A stretch of 64,000 bases of DNA from Armatimonadota bacterium (GTDB lineage Bacteria > Armatimonadota > SYMT01): NCBI GenBank assembly GCA_041690135.1, contig JAWLHY010000010.1, positions 122,110 to 186,109 of the forward strand, given 5' to 3'. The position numbers and the translations under genes are program-made. Below, in pieces: positions 1-9,062 of this stretch. Each line of letters opens with the position of its first letter. Within the stretch, counting starts at the first letter, position 1. Below the pieces are notes generated by a model. It saw only the letters and a program-made list of their open reading frames with translations. It had not been told where the DNA came from and made no database searches.

Positions 1-3000
1 CACCCGCTCCGCCAGGGCACGACCCGCCTCCACCCACGTGACGTCGTTGAGCGTGGTGAGGGCGTGCAGCGGGGTGCTGGTGATCGTCAACCGCACCTTA
101 CACGTGTTGCGCACGGAAGCATCGAACATATTCGCGGGCGCGACGGTCCGCCGCCAGAAGGTGTAGAGGCTCCGCCGGAAAAGGTCCGCCCCCTTCGACT
201 GGGGGTAGGTGAAGTCGCGCTCCTTCGTGATCGCGAGGCCGTCCCAGATTCCCTTCGGCTGATATGGGTAGACCGGCTTCCCGCCCATTCGGCGGTCGAG
301 CAGTCCGCTCGAGGCGAGGGCCACGTCCCGCAGCAGCATCGAATGCATGCGATACCGGGCGCCGCGCGCCAGCAGCCGGTTCTCCGGGTCCTTCCGCCGC
401 AGCTCCGGCGTCACTTTGGAGCTCTGCCGGTAGGTAGTGCTGGTGACGATGAGGCGGACCAGGGATTTCATGGACCAGCCAAGGCCTTCGGCGGGGTTGG
501 GGGCCTGCGACTGGGGGCCAGTCCGGAAGGATGAAGGATGAAGGATGAAGGATGACCTCGAACCTCGGGGATTGGAAGCGGCTGCGGTCAACAGCGCTAT
601 GTCCCCCCCGCTCTCCGCACCCTTGCTCCCTTGCGCTGTGGTGAAACTACCCGCACCGGAGAACACGGAGGCGAGGTAGTCCAGGAGCTCGGGGTGAGAC
701 GGTGGGTCGGCCTGGGTGCCGAGGTTTTCGGAGGTTTTGACGAGGCCCTGGCCGAAGAACTGTTGCCAAAAGCGGTTGACCTGCACGCGGGCCGTGAGGG
801 GGTTCTCCGGGCTCACCAGCCACCGGGCCAGGCCGAGGCGGTTCCGGGGGTATTCGGCGGGCATGGGCGGCAACGCGGTGGGGGTGCCGGGCTGCACCTC
901 TTCCCGCGGGGCCTCGTAGTTGCCACGGTCCAGGATGTGCGTCTTCCGAGGACGCGCGTCGGACATGATCATCACGCGTGGAAGGGTCTTCCGGAACTCG
1001 TCCCGCGCCCCTTCGGCAGCCTGCAGCCGGGCGTGCAGCTCTTTCAGGCCGCCCGGCGCTTCCGCAGCGAGAAACGCATCCCGGACCTTCTTCGCATCGG
1101 CGGTGGATCGCTTGTCCGCGGCCGTCTTGAGGGCGGCAAGCAGGTCGTCCGGCAGCTTGTTCTCCAGGACACGGAAATAGAAGCCCGCCGGACCGCCGCC
1201 GTTGGCGATCTTGACCAACAGCCGGTTTTCTCCTGGCACCAGCGACACCGTGACCTTGTCCTGATCCGGCAGCACGCCGCGCGTGATCGGGTTCGCGTGA
1301 ACCTGCGCGCCGTTCAGCCAGACCTTGATACCGTCGTCGCTGCCGAGGGAGAGCGTTACCGTGCGCGGTCCCTCCGCCTGGAGCGTGCGGTAGAGATAGA
1401 AGGCAAAGTTCTCACCGCCGGAGATCTCCTGGAGCTTACCGTCCGCCCATTCGGGACGGGGAGTCCAGCGGAGTTTTCCACCCTCGTAGGCGGCGGAAAG
1501 GTCGACTTTCTTCTCTGGTGCAAATTCGGTCCGGAAGGCCTGCTCGAACCCATCGGCCGGAAAGGGCCCGATGGCACGCCAGGGGTCCAACTTCGGCGCG
1601 GCTCCCACTTCCTTCAGGCGCTGTGCTTCCCACCGGGCCTGGGCGGTCTGCAGTTCGGCCTCGTGCTCGCGCTCGTACTTCTCCGCGGCAGTACGGGCCG
1701 CAGTCGCGGCTGCTTCCAGCGTGTCGAGCCGGGACATCTCCTCGGGGCTGCCCGCGTACATCCAGGGATCCGCGATGCGATACTGACCACCGAAGGGAGG
1801 CGTGCCGGTCTCCGGGACGTTGTTGAAGAACGCCATGAAGGAGTAGTAGTCCTTCTGCGTCAGCGGATCGTACTTGTGATCGTGGCACTGGGCGCAGGCG
1901 AGCGTGGCGCCCAGCCAGTTGGTGGCGGTAACGTCCACCCGGTCGAACAGGATCACATTCCGCTGCTCTTCCGGAATGGCGCCCCCTTCCCCGTTCAGCA
2001 GGTGCAGGCGGTTGAAGCCCGTCGCCAGCTTCTGCTCGAAGGTGGCATTGGGGAGCAGATCGCCCGCCAATTGATAGATGGTGAACCGATCGAACGGCAT
2101 GTCCTGGTTGAGGGCCCCGACGAGCCAGTCCCGCCAGACGTACTGGTAGGTGTCGCCATCCTGCTGGAAGCCGTTGCTGTCCGCGTAACGGGCTGCGTCC
2201 AGCCAGGGCAGGGCCATCCTCTCGCCGTAGTGTGGGCTGGTGAGAAGACGGTCGACGACCTTCTCATAGGCGTCCGGAGAGCGGTCGGCCAGGAAGGCAT
2301 CCACCTCCCGCGGGGTCGGCGGCAGCCCGGTGAGGTCCAGCGTCACGCGACGCAGCAGGGTGGCCCGATCCGCTTCGGGAGACGGGCGGAGGCCTTCCTG
2401 CTCCAGACGTGCCAGAATGAAGGCGTCGATCGGGTTGCGAACCCAGGATTTCTGGCGCGGGGTGGGAACCTTCGGACGACGGACCGGCTCGTAGGCCCAG
2501 TGCCGCGCGGGTCCGCCTTCCGCCCAGACCGCCCCCTGGTCGATCCAGGCGCGCACCTCGCCGATCTTCTCGGGCGAAAGTGGCGCAAAGCCGAGCGGCA
2601 TCCGCGGCTTGCCCCCATGCCCCAGCATGCGCGTCACCAGGAGGCTCTTCGCTCCCTGGCCGGGAACCAGACCGGGACCGCCAACGCCTCCCTTGAGGGC
2701 CAGTTCCCGCGAGTCAAGACGGAGTCCCCCTTGCTGCTGGGAACCGCCGTGGCAATCGAGGCAGTGGGCCTTGAGGATCGGCTGGATATCGCGGGTAAAG
2801 TCGACGTTGGGAGCGGCTTTGGCCCGAGAGGCCGCCTCTCCTTGGGTGGTTCCGCCTGATGCTCGCCTGGCGGGAATCACAGTTTTGCGGTTCGTCTTGG
2901 CAGGGGAGCCCTTCTGGCCTACCGCGGTCGCGGCGGGGATCCCGCAGAGCATGAACACCGCGGCGGAGAGCGCGCCACGTCGATGGCAGCTGAGCAACTT

Positions 3001-3018
3001 CCTCTTCCTCATCAGCAT
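1..3018 (-). CDS. PSCyt1/DUF1549/DUF1553 (Planctomycete cytochrome-c domain) protein, 3' end beyond window
   Basis: Hand translation of minus strand: start MLMRKRKLLSCHRRGALSAAVFMLCG (signal peptide), then DFTRDIQPILKAHCLDCHGG..GGLRLD (PSCyt1 CxxCH motif) near 2700-2800; C-terminal part at 1-840 reads VNRFWQQFFGQGLV..PSHPELLDYLA...GWSMKSLVRLIVTSTTYRQSS...LYTFWRRTVAPANMFDA (DUF1553-like). No in-frame stop from 3018 to 1; not in ORF track because it is incomplete. Confidence 0.8.
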   Translation of the reverse strand, partial: MLMRKRKLLSCHRRGALSAAVFMLCGIPAATAVGQKGSPAKTNRKTVIPARRASGGTTQGEAASRAKAAPNVDFTRDIQPILKAHCLDCHGGSQQQGGLRLDSRELALKGGVGGPGLVPGQGAKSLLVTRMLGHGGKPRMPLGFAPLSPEKIGEVRAWIDQGAVWAEGGPARHWAYEPVRRPKVPTPRQKSWVRNPIDAFILARLEQEGLRPSPEADRATLLRRVTLDLTGLPPTPREVDAFLADRSPDAYEKVVDRLLTSPHYGERMALPWLDAARYADSNGFQQDGDTYQYVWRDWLVGALNQDMPFDRFTIYQLAGDLLPNATFEQKLATGFNRLHLLNGEGGAIPEEQRNVILFDRVDVTATNWLGATLACAQCHDHKYDPLTQKDYYSFMAFFNNVPETGTPPFGGQYRIADPWMYAGSPEEMSRLDTLEAAATAARTAAEKYEREHEAELQTAQARWEAQRLKEVGAAPKLDPWRAIGPFPADGFEQAFRTEFAPEKKVDLSAAYEGGKLRWTPRPEWADGKLQEISGGENFAFYLYRTLQAEGPRTVTLSLGSDDGIKVWLNGAQVHANPITRGVLPDQDKVTVSLVPGENRLLVKIANGGGPAGFYFRVLENKLPDDLLAALKTAADKRSTADAKKVRDAFLAAEAPGGLKELHARLQAAEGARDEFRKTLPRVMIMSDARPRKTHILDRGNYEAPREEVQPGTPTALPPMPAEYPRNRLGLARWLVSPENPLTARVQVNRFWQQFFGQGLVKTSENLGTQADPPSHPELLDYLASVFSGAGSFTTAQGSKGAESGGDIALLTAAASNPRGSRSSFILHPSSFRTGPQSQAPNPAEGLGWSMKSLVRLIVTSTTYRQSSKVTPELRRKDPENRLLARGARYRMHSMLLRDVALASSGLLDRRMGGKPVYPYQPKGIWDGLAITKERDFTYPQSKGADLFRRSLYTFWRRTVAPANMFDASVRNTCKVRLTITSTPLHALTTLNDVTWVEAGRALAERV
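527..554. repeat. Perfect heptanucleotide tandem repeat (AAGGATG)x4 inside the DUF1553 coding region
   Basis: Plus strand 527-554 reads aaggatg four times in direct tandem; a C7 homopolymer lies at 603-609. Confidence 0.9.
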
Positions 3019-3535
3019 GGGGAACCGTCCGCGGTACGGCACCGCGTCTGCGGGTTTTGTTACGCCTGGCCGCCGCTTGTTTCAGGAGATCGTGTGGCAG
3101 GTGGCTACCTGCCATACCTGTCAGGTAGATCCAGTTTGCCCGTCGCCAGATAGGGTTCCTGCTCAAGCCGGTCCTGGCAATCGAACATCCAGGCTTGGTG
3201 TTAGGGTCGCCACCCCCCGAAATCCGGGATGCCTTGCCCCATCGGGTGCCGGTCCTGGTGGATGCCAGACCGGGCAGGTACCGGCTCTCGCAGACCGTGT
3301 ACCTGGAGATTTCCGGCGCGCGGTCTCCGGAAGGCGGGTTCTCGACGCCCGCACCTACGACCGACGGATTTCACCCCCGCCATACGCTCACCAGTGGGGA
3401 GTTGCGATTGGAGATTGCAGTGGGTCGGCGATAAGCGCTCCCAGAGCGCCGGTGGCGGAGAGACGCAGGGTTCATACGCACGACTGTAACCCGATGGCAC
3501 ACGCGGGCATCTACACGATGGAAGGAGCACACCCA

Positions 3536-5239
3536 ATGATCCGCCGTTTGGGTATTGCCTCGCTGGTGCTGTTGGTGTCAGCCTGTGGCGCGGTCTTATC
3601 TGCCGCGCCTCCTCTCGCGGATGCGCGCCTGGAACGCAGGGTGACCGTCCACGTGGAAGGGATGGCCCTGGCCGAGTTGCTCCCCCGTCTGTCGAAGGCG
3701 ACCGGCGTCCCCCTCCGTGCGGATCGGGAAACGGCGGAAGATAAGGTCGTGATCCTGGGTCCGGACCGACCGCTGCACGACGTGTTGGAGGACCTCGCGG
3801 CGCTACTCGGCCACCGGTGGGAGCGGCGGACCGTGGGGGGCGAGGTGCAGTTCGTGCTGACCCGCGACCCCGAGGTGCGGAAGAAGGAAGAAAAGCTTGC
3901 CGAGTCCCCGGAGCAGGTGGTCCTCCGGCATCTCCAGGCGCAGGTGCGAGCGCTGCGGGAACCTCGCTCTCGCCTGGAACAACGGCCGGAAAACGACCCG
4001 ATCCGCAAGGCGCTGCTCGACCCAAAACTCCGGCAGGCGACCGAATTCTTTGCCCTTCTCAACTCCCGCCAGCGGGACCTGCTCATTGAGCGGGGCCGCT
4101 ACCGGCTCTTCTTTCCAGCACTGGCGCCTCCCTACCAGGCTGCGCTGCAGGATCTCCACCGCGCCAATCAGGTGCCGGAGGAGACCATCCGCTCTTTACG
4201 GGTCGCCATCTACCGCCGAGGTGCCCCACCGGATGCGGATTTCCATCTGTGGGTGCAAGGCGGTGGCCGCGTTATGGCATCCTTTTACCCGGGCAACGCC
4301 CAATACGCGGTGTTTGAGGTGCCTCCCAACGATCCGCCTGTGCGCGGTAACCCCTATACCGGCGATCCGGTGGTGACGAACGCCACCCTGCCCGCGATCC
4401 AAGAGGTTCTCACCCAGGACACGCTCCCCCGGGTGGAGCGTTTGCGCCGGCTGGCCGAAGCGACCGGGGTTCCAGTGGTGGCGGACTTCTATCGCCTGGA
4501 GCCCTCCCAATTCCTGCACCGGGAACAGAAGCCGGGGTCGGGAGCCGCGGACCGGATCGACGCCCTCGCCCATCGCCTCGGCTCCGTGTGGTGGACCCGG
4601 AAAAGCACGCTGCTGTTCCGCTGCCGGGACTGGTTCCGCCGGCGCGACTACGAGATGTCCGACCGCTGGTTCGACGACACGGTGCGCCGACTCCGCGGCA
4701 AAGAGGAGCCCACCCTGGGAGATCTTTTGCGCCTGGAGACGCTCACTTTCAAGCAACTCATCGGCCTGATCTGTCTGGAGGAGCGGGGGATGGCACTCAC
4801 CGGCACCCAGGATTACCACCAGCGCAAGCTTTCCGGCGTGCCGGAGGTCCTGGACATCCTCGAGGGATTCCACGGCCGGTCGCGCGCGAAACTGGTGAAT
4901 TGGGACCGCCTGACCAGGGAACAACAGCGGGAGATTGCTCCCGCCCTCCCCCTCCGCGCCGAGCAGATGTCGCCCGCCCAGCGCTCCCTGATCCTGCCGC
5001 TGCTCGCCGTGCAGAAGCGAGAGCCGGACGGCCTCTATCCCGAGACATTTCAGATCACGGTTCAAAGCCGGGACCCACGCCCCGCCAAGCGCCGAGAGGG
5101 CTACCGTTACGTACCCGTCGAGCTCTCCTGGGGCACGAAAGGCACCAGCGGCGATGCGGAGCTCCCGCTCCCTCTGACGGTCCCCGACAACAGACGTTCT
5201 GCCGCCGTCATTCAGGTTGCCAATGAGCGGAATGATTGA
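3536..5239 (+). CDS. Secreted hypothetical protein, possible STN-like N-terminal domain
   Basis: ATG at 3536 preceded by ggaagga SD; signal peptide MIRRLGIASLVLLVSACGAV; the N-terminal ORF-track extension from 2609 overlaps the divergent gene and is R/P-rich, so rejected. Confidence 0.6.
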   Translation: MIRRLGIASLVLLVSACGAVLSAAPPLADARLERRVTVHVEGMALAELLPRLSKATGVPLRADRETAEDKVVILGPDRPLHDVLEDLAALLGHRWERRTVGGEVQFVLTRDPEVRKKEEKLAESPEQVVLRHLQAQVRALREPRSRLEQRPENDPIRKALLDPKLRQATEFFALLNSRQRDLLIERGRYRLFFPALAPPYQAALQDLHRANQVPEETIRSLRVAIYRRGAPPDADFHLWVQGGGRVMASFYPGNAQYAVFEVPPNDPPVRGNPYTGDPVVTNATLPAIQEVLTQDTLPRVERLRRLAEATGVPVVADFYRLEPSQFLHREQKPGSGAADRIDALAHRLGSVWWTRKSTLLFRCRDWFRRRDYEMSDRWFDDTVRRLRGKEEPTLGDLLRLETLTFKQLIGLICLEERGMALTGTQDYHQRKLSGVPEVLDILEGFHGRSRAKLVNWDRLTREQQREIAPALPLRAEQMSPAQRSLILPLLAVQKREPDGLYPETFQITVQSRDPRPAKRREGYRYVPVELSWGTKGTSGDAELPLPLTVPDNRRSAAVIQVANERND

Positions 5240-5436
5240 GTTGACCACGGGCTTGCCCGCGTGGGAACGCGCGGAATGGCACGCAAAGGACACCATGGGT
5301 GGAAAGCGGGTCGGAGGGCAGGCCCCCTACTCTGCACCCACACCTGGAATTGCCTGTTTTGCTGCTCGCCTTTGCGCGCCATATTGCTTCTCCAAACAGG
5401 AAGTGACGATACCTGGCCCTACGGAGAAACGTCGTA

Positions 5437-5916
5437 GTGAGTATGGAGTGCCGTTTCCCTAACCTGTACCGGTACAGCACGCTCGAGCTACTTCCCGCGG
5501 CGGGCCTGGGGGCGATTGTGTGGGCGGTGGTATCGGCAATCGCCGGAGCCTTATCCAGGCACCAGCCTTTCTGGGGCGCAGTCGCGCAGGCAGTCGCACT
5601 GTGCGGGCTGGCCGTTTTTGGAGGCGTTCTCGCCCTGTGCGGCTTCTGGGACTTGCGGAACGGATGGGTCCGCCGGTCGTGGGTCCGCAGCTTCGAGCGG
5701 CGCGTCGGCCCGGAGGAACTGGAGCCGTTGCTGGGAGCCGACCCGGGCAGGTATGTGATCCACGTCCGCTACTACGGCGGTTTCGACGTCAACAGCATGG
5801 CCCCCGCGGTGCTGATCGAGGATCGGAGCTCGGGCCAGTTCCTGGTCGCGCATCCGTCTCCCCCCAACCTTTCCGAATGCTGCGAAAGCCTGCGCGTGCA
5901 GGTGAAGAAGCATTGA
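5437..5916 (+). CDS. Hypothetical membrane protein
   Basis: Two hydrophobic segments (LELLPAAGLGAIVWAVVSAIAG, AVALCGLAVFGGVLALCGF); high GC3 codon usage; start may be ATG at 5443. Confidence 0.5.
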   Translation: MSMECRFPNLYRYSTLELLPAAGLGAIVWAVVSAIAGALSRHQPFWGAVAQAVALCGLAVFGGVLALCGFWDLRNGWVRRSWVRSFERRVGPEELEPLLGADPGRYVIHVRYYGGFDVNSMAPAVLIEDRSSGQFLVAHPSPPNLSECCESLRVQVKKH

Positions 5917-5925
5917 AGCGTGTGA

Positions 5926-7278
5926 TCAGCGCTCGGAGGCGGGGATGTTCAGGACGATCAAGCCGGGCTGGCCGAAAGTCAGCTCCCGGCCGGCATTGGG
6001 ATCGAGCGGCGCGCCGTTGAAGGCGATGTAGAGGCGGCTTCCGTCCGCGCTGCATTTCAGGTTATAGGTGCCGCCCACGTTCCAGCGCAGCCGATCCCGC
6101 AGCGGCGCGTTCAAGAAGGCCAGAACCTTGCGCTCCCGTTTCGCCAGGTCGTACTGGACGACCGGAGTGCCGTAGCGTGCGGACTGCCCGTGAGCACCCG
6201 GCGCGTAGTAGAGGTACTTCTCATCGGGAGAGAGCGCCATCACGGCCACATACTCGCCCTTCAGGAAGTTAGCTCCCAACTCCGTCACCATGTCCGTCTT
6301 CGGGTCGAAGGCAAAGAGCGCGCCATCTTTGGTCATGCCGAAGAGGCGGCCATTTCTTGCCGGGCGGGTCGAAGCGCGCAGGAACCGGCCGCCTGTCTTG
6401 CCCGGAGCGGCACCCGCAGCCAGGGGCAGTTGCGCGCGGGTCCGGGTGACCCGGTTTTCGGACGGTGAATAGCGGGCTAGGAAGCCGTCCGCGGTGCTGA
6501 AGTAGCAGTGCCCCGCCGCATCCAGCATCAGGTTCCGGCTGCCTTCTTGCTGGTCACCGCTGCCCCGGTAGAGCACCTTGCGGGCGGTGAGATCGTAGGC
6601 AACGAAGTCACCGCTATAGACCGCCGTGAAGTACTGGATCATCCGCCGGGGGTCCAGGAGCGACGTCGGAAGCCCCTGACCGGGCACGATCGCTCCCAGG
6701 CTCTCGCTGCGCCCCGAACTGGGGTCGTAGCGGAGGAGGACCGATCCCAAGTACCCGGCCTGGAAGTCTGCTTCCTTCGGGATCTTGCCCCAGTAGGTGG
6801 AGAAGTAGAGCAGGCCGTCCTTTCCCTGATCGATTCGGGAGTGGACCTTGCCTGCGGCATACCTTTCCTTCGATTCGGGGAGCGCCTCGCGGAGGTCCAG
6901 TGCGGCGCGCACGGTGCGGTGGTGCGGGTCGTACTCGTACAGGTAGCTCTGACCCTCGGGGCCGAGGTGATTGCCCAGGGCGAAGTAATAGCGCCCGTTC
7001 GAGGCCACGCAGCCGTCGCCCCAGTTGCTCCAGAGCGTCTTCGGACCGGCCGAAGGCAGTCCCTCGAAGACGTGGATATCGATGGTCGGTGCGGTGCGAG
7101 CGATGCGGAATCCCGGCTTTCCTTCGAGCGCCGGCGGAACTGTCAAGAAATCCGGCGTCTCGATCCGGCGCAGGCTCACCGAGGGAGCAGGATCCGCTGC
7201 GCCGGTGCGGCGCTGCCCGCCGACCGTGGCGACCACAACCCCCAGCAGGGCAACATACCCGACGTATCTCCTGGTCAT
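5926..7278 (-). CDS. Secreted hypothetical protein, probable beta-propeller
   Basis: 450 aa with N-terminal signal peptide; start overlaps stop of upstream gene by 4 nt (7275-7278). Confidence 0.75.
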   Translation of the reverse strand: MTRRYVGYVALLGVVVATVGGQRRTGAADPAPSVSLRRIETPDFLTVPPALEGKPGFRIARTAPTIDIHVFEGLPSAGPKTLWSNWGDGCVASNGRYYFALGNHLGPEGQSYLYEYDPHHRTVRAALDLREALPESKERYAAGKVHSRIDQGKDGLLYFSTYWGKIPKEADFQAGYLGSVLLRYDPSSGRSESLGAIVPGQGLPTSLLDPRRMIQYFTAVYSGDFVAYDLTARKVLYRGSGDQQEGSRNLMLDAAGHCYFSTADGFLARYSPSENRVTRTRAQLPLAAGAAPGKTGGRFLRASTRPARNGRLFGMTKDGALFAFDPKTDMVTELGANFLKGEYVAVMALSPDEKYLYYAPGAHGQSARYGTPVVQYDLAKRERKVLAFLNAPLRDRLRWNVGGTYNLKCSADGSRLYIAFNGAPLDPNAGRELTFGQPGLIVLNIPASER

Positions 7279-9020
7279 TGGGGCTCCTCCGCTTTTTGGT
7301 CGGAAACCTGGGCACCGCTCCGGATCTCGATGCGCTGGTTTGGCGTCACGTTTTTGCGAACGACGGTGCCGGCTCCGTGAGGAAGCGTGACTTCCACGTC
7401 GACTCGCTCTGCATCGCCCAGGCCGAAATGCGCGATGGCCGGCTGGCCGGATGCATAGCCGTACCCGGTGGCGATCTCACGGCAGCCAAGCAGCGCGGAC
7501 GGGCTGCCGAGCTTCCCGGACGGGTACACGTCGATCCGGGAGCCGATCCCCATCCGGTTCACGCCGCCCTCTCCGCGGACCTGCACCTGGAGCCAACCGC
7601 CTCCGGGAGTCTCGTTCCGCAGCAGCAGCGAGGGCGCCTCGGCCCACCAACTCGGCAAGAACATATCAAGGCGGCCATCGTTGTCGTAATCTCCGGTAGG
7701 TCCCGGGGCACTGTAGAAGACCTTCCTCTCACGGAGCATCCTGGCGAACAGTTCACCCGCCCTTCGGGTCGCCCGATCTTCTTCCGTGGGGAAGTCGTTC
7801 ACCGCCAGCGCATTCTCCCGGAAGCGCGGGAGGCCATCCCGCACTCCCAGGTTCTTGAAGATGACCGGATAGGGCTTACCTCCCGCAAACTTGACGATAC
7901 TGACGGAGAGGTCCGGCCAGCCGTCGTTGTCGAAGTCCTGCACTTCCACGTGCGGCGCCTTCATCGGCAGCGGCTTCAAACCGGCGGCTTCCGTAACGTC
8001 CTGGAAGTCGGGCTCCCCATTCCGGAGCCCCCGGTTGAGGTAAAGCCGCACCGGCACCGGCTGCTGCCAGGGCCGCTCATAGTGCTGGCCGACCACTAAG
8101 TCGAGCCAGCCGTCGCGGTTGACATCGGCGAAGCCGGCGCCGCAGATCATGTTGTCGCCGCCCGCATCCTTCCAGGCGAACCTCTCGCGGGAGCCGGGCG
8201 CCTCGCGGAATTTGGCTTCTCCGGCGTTCAGAAGCAGAACGTTACCACCGTTGTTGGCGGCCAGGAAAAGGTCCGGGCGGCCGTCGTTGTTCACATCCCC
8301 CGCGGCCACCCCCAGGCCGGGGATTGCCTCCGGCAGCCCGGCGGCGCGAGAGACGTCTTCGAACCGGAGGTTACCGAGGTTGCGGAACAGGCGGGAGCTT
8401 TTCGTGGAAGAACCGTTGTATCCGGGGAGAGGGTCCTCACCCGCCAGGATGTCCAGCAGGCCGTCTCCATCGAAATCTAGTACGGTAGCACTCCGGCCTC
8501 CGAAGGCGGGTGGGCAGGCCCCATTTCCGGCGGAAACGTCGGTGAAGCGGCCCTGTCCGTTGTTTCGGAAGAGGGTGCACCCCCGCAGCGCATGGCCCTC
8601 CCGCAGCGCGAGACGGCTGCCCTCCGGTGCGGGCATACTGGAGACATAGAGATCCAGGTCGCCGTCGTTGTCCAGGTCGGCAAAAACCGAGGCACTAGCG
8701 CGTGAGGAGATCCGGAGTTCCTCCTGCTCATCGAGCCGGAACCGGCCGTCGCCCCCGCGGAAGAACCGGTTCGACTTTCCACCGTCGGTATGGAACGTTG
8801 CCACGTACAGGTCGAGCCACCCGTCGCCATCGGCATCTCCCCAACCGGCGGCATGCCCGCGGATGCCCTCAAGCGCCGGAAACAGACCCGATTGCTGCCC
8901 CATATCCCGGAACAGGAAAGTTTGCTCCTCTTTTTCCGCGGCGCTCAATGCGGGAAGGAGCGCTAACAGCACGCCGACACCCACCGCCCGGAGGCTTTGC
9001 TTCACGTTCCGATCCATCAT
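7275..9020 (-). CDS. CRTAC1-family protein (FG-GAP/VCBS repeats + ASPIC/UnbV domain)
   Basis: Repeated DxDGDGxxD calcium-binding FG-GAP-like motifs (DADGDGWLDLYV, DLDNDGDLDLYV, DFDGDGLLDIL, DFDNDGWPDL) and C-terminal UnbV-like region (GIGSRIDVY..GYGYASGQPAIAHFGLG); signal peptide. Confidence 0.85.
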   Translation of the reverse strand: MMDRNVKQSLRAVGVGVLLALLPALSAAEKEEQTFLFRDMGQQSGLFPALEGIRGHAAGWGDADGDGWLDLYVATFHTDGGKSNRFFRGGDGRFRLDEQEELRISSRASASVFADLDNDGDLDLYVSSMPAPEGSRLALREGHALRGCTLFRNNGQGRFTDVSAGNGACPPAFGGRSATVLDFDGDGLLDILAGEDPLPGYNGSSTKSSRLFRNLGNLRFEDVSRAAGLPEAIPGLGVAAGDVNNDGRPDLFLAANNGGNVLLLNAGEAKFREAPGSRERFAWKDAGGDNMICGAGFADVNRDGWLDLVVGQHYERPWQQPVPVRLYLNRGLRNGEPDFQDVTEAAGLKPLPMKAPHVEVQDFDNDGWPDLSVSIVKFAGGKPYPVIFKNLGVRDGLPRFRENALAVNDFPTEEDRATRRAGELFARMLRERKVFYSAPGPTGDYDNDGRLDMFLPSWWAEAPSLLLRNETPGGGWLQVQVRGEGGVNRMGIGSRIDVYPSGKLGSPSALLGCREIATGYGYASGQPAIAHFGLGDAERVDVEVTLPHGAGTVVRKNVTPNQRIEIRSGAQVSDQKAEEPQ

Positions 9021-9062
9021 CCTGTCCTTTGCGAATGGGTGCCGGGTAAGAACAGCGATCCG

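Noticed and set aside
527-554. Mini-ORFs ATG-AAG-GAT-GAA-GGA-TGA inside the heptamer repeat
   Set aside because: Six codons, inside another gene on the opposite strand; a coincidence of the repeat sequence.
631-2859. 742-aa plus-strand ORF
   Set aside because: Arg/Gly/Pro-rich low-complexity translation lying antisense to the PSCyt/DUF1553 gene; typical high-GC shadow ORF.
2609-3535. N-terminal extension of ORF 2609-5239
   Set aside because: Overlaps the divergent PSCyt gene, is Pro/Arg-rich, and a good SD plus signal peptide start at 3536.
4196-5296. 366-aa minus-strand ORF
   Set aside because: Antisense to the 3536-5239 gene with low-complexity composition.
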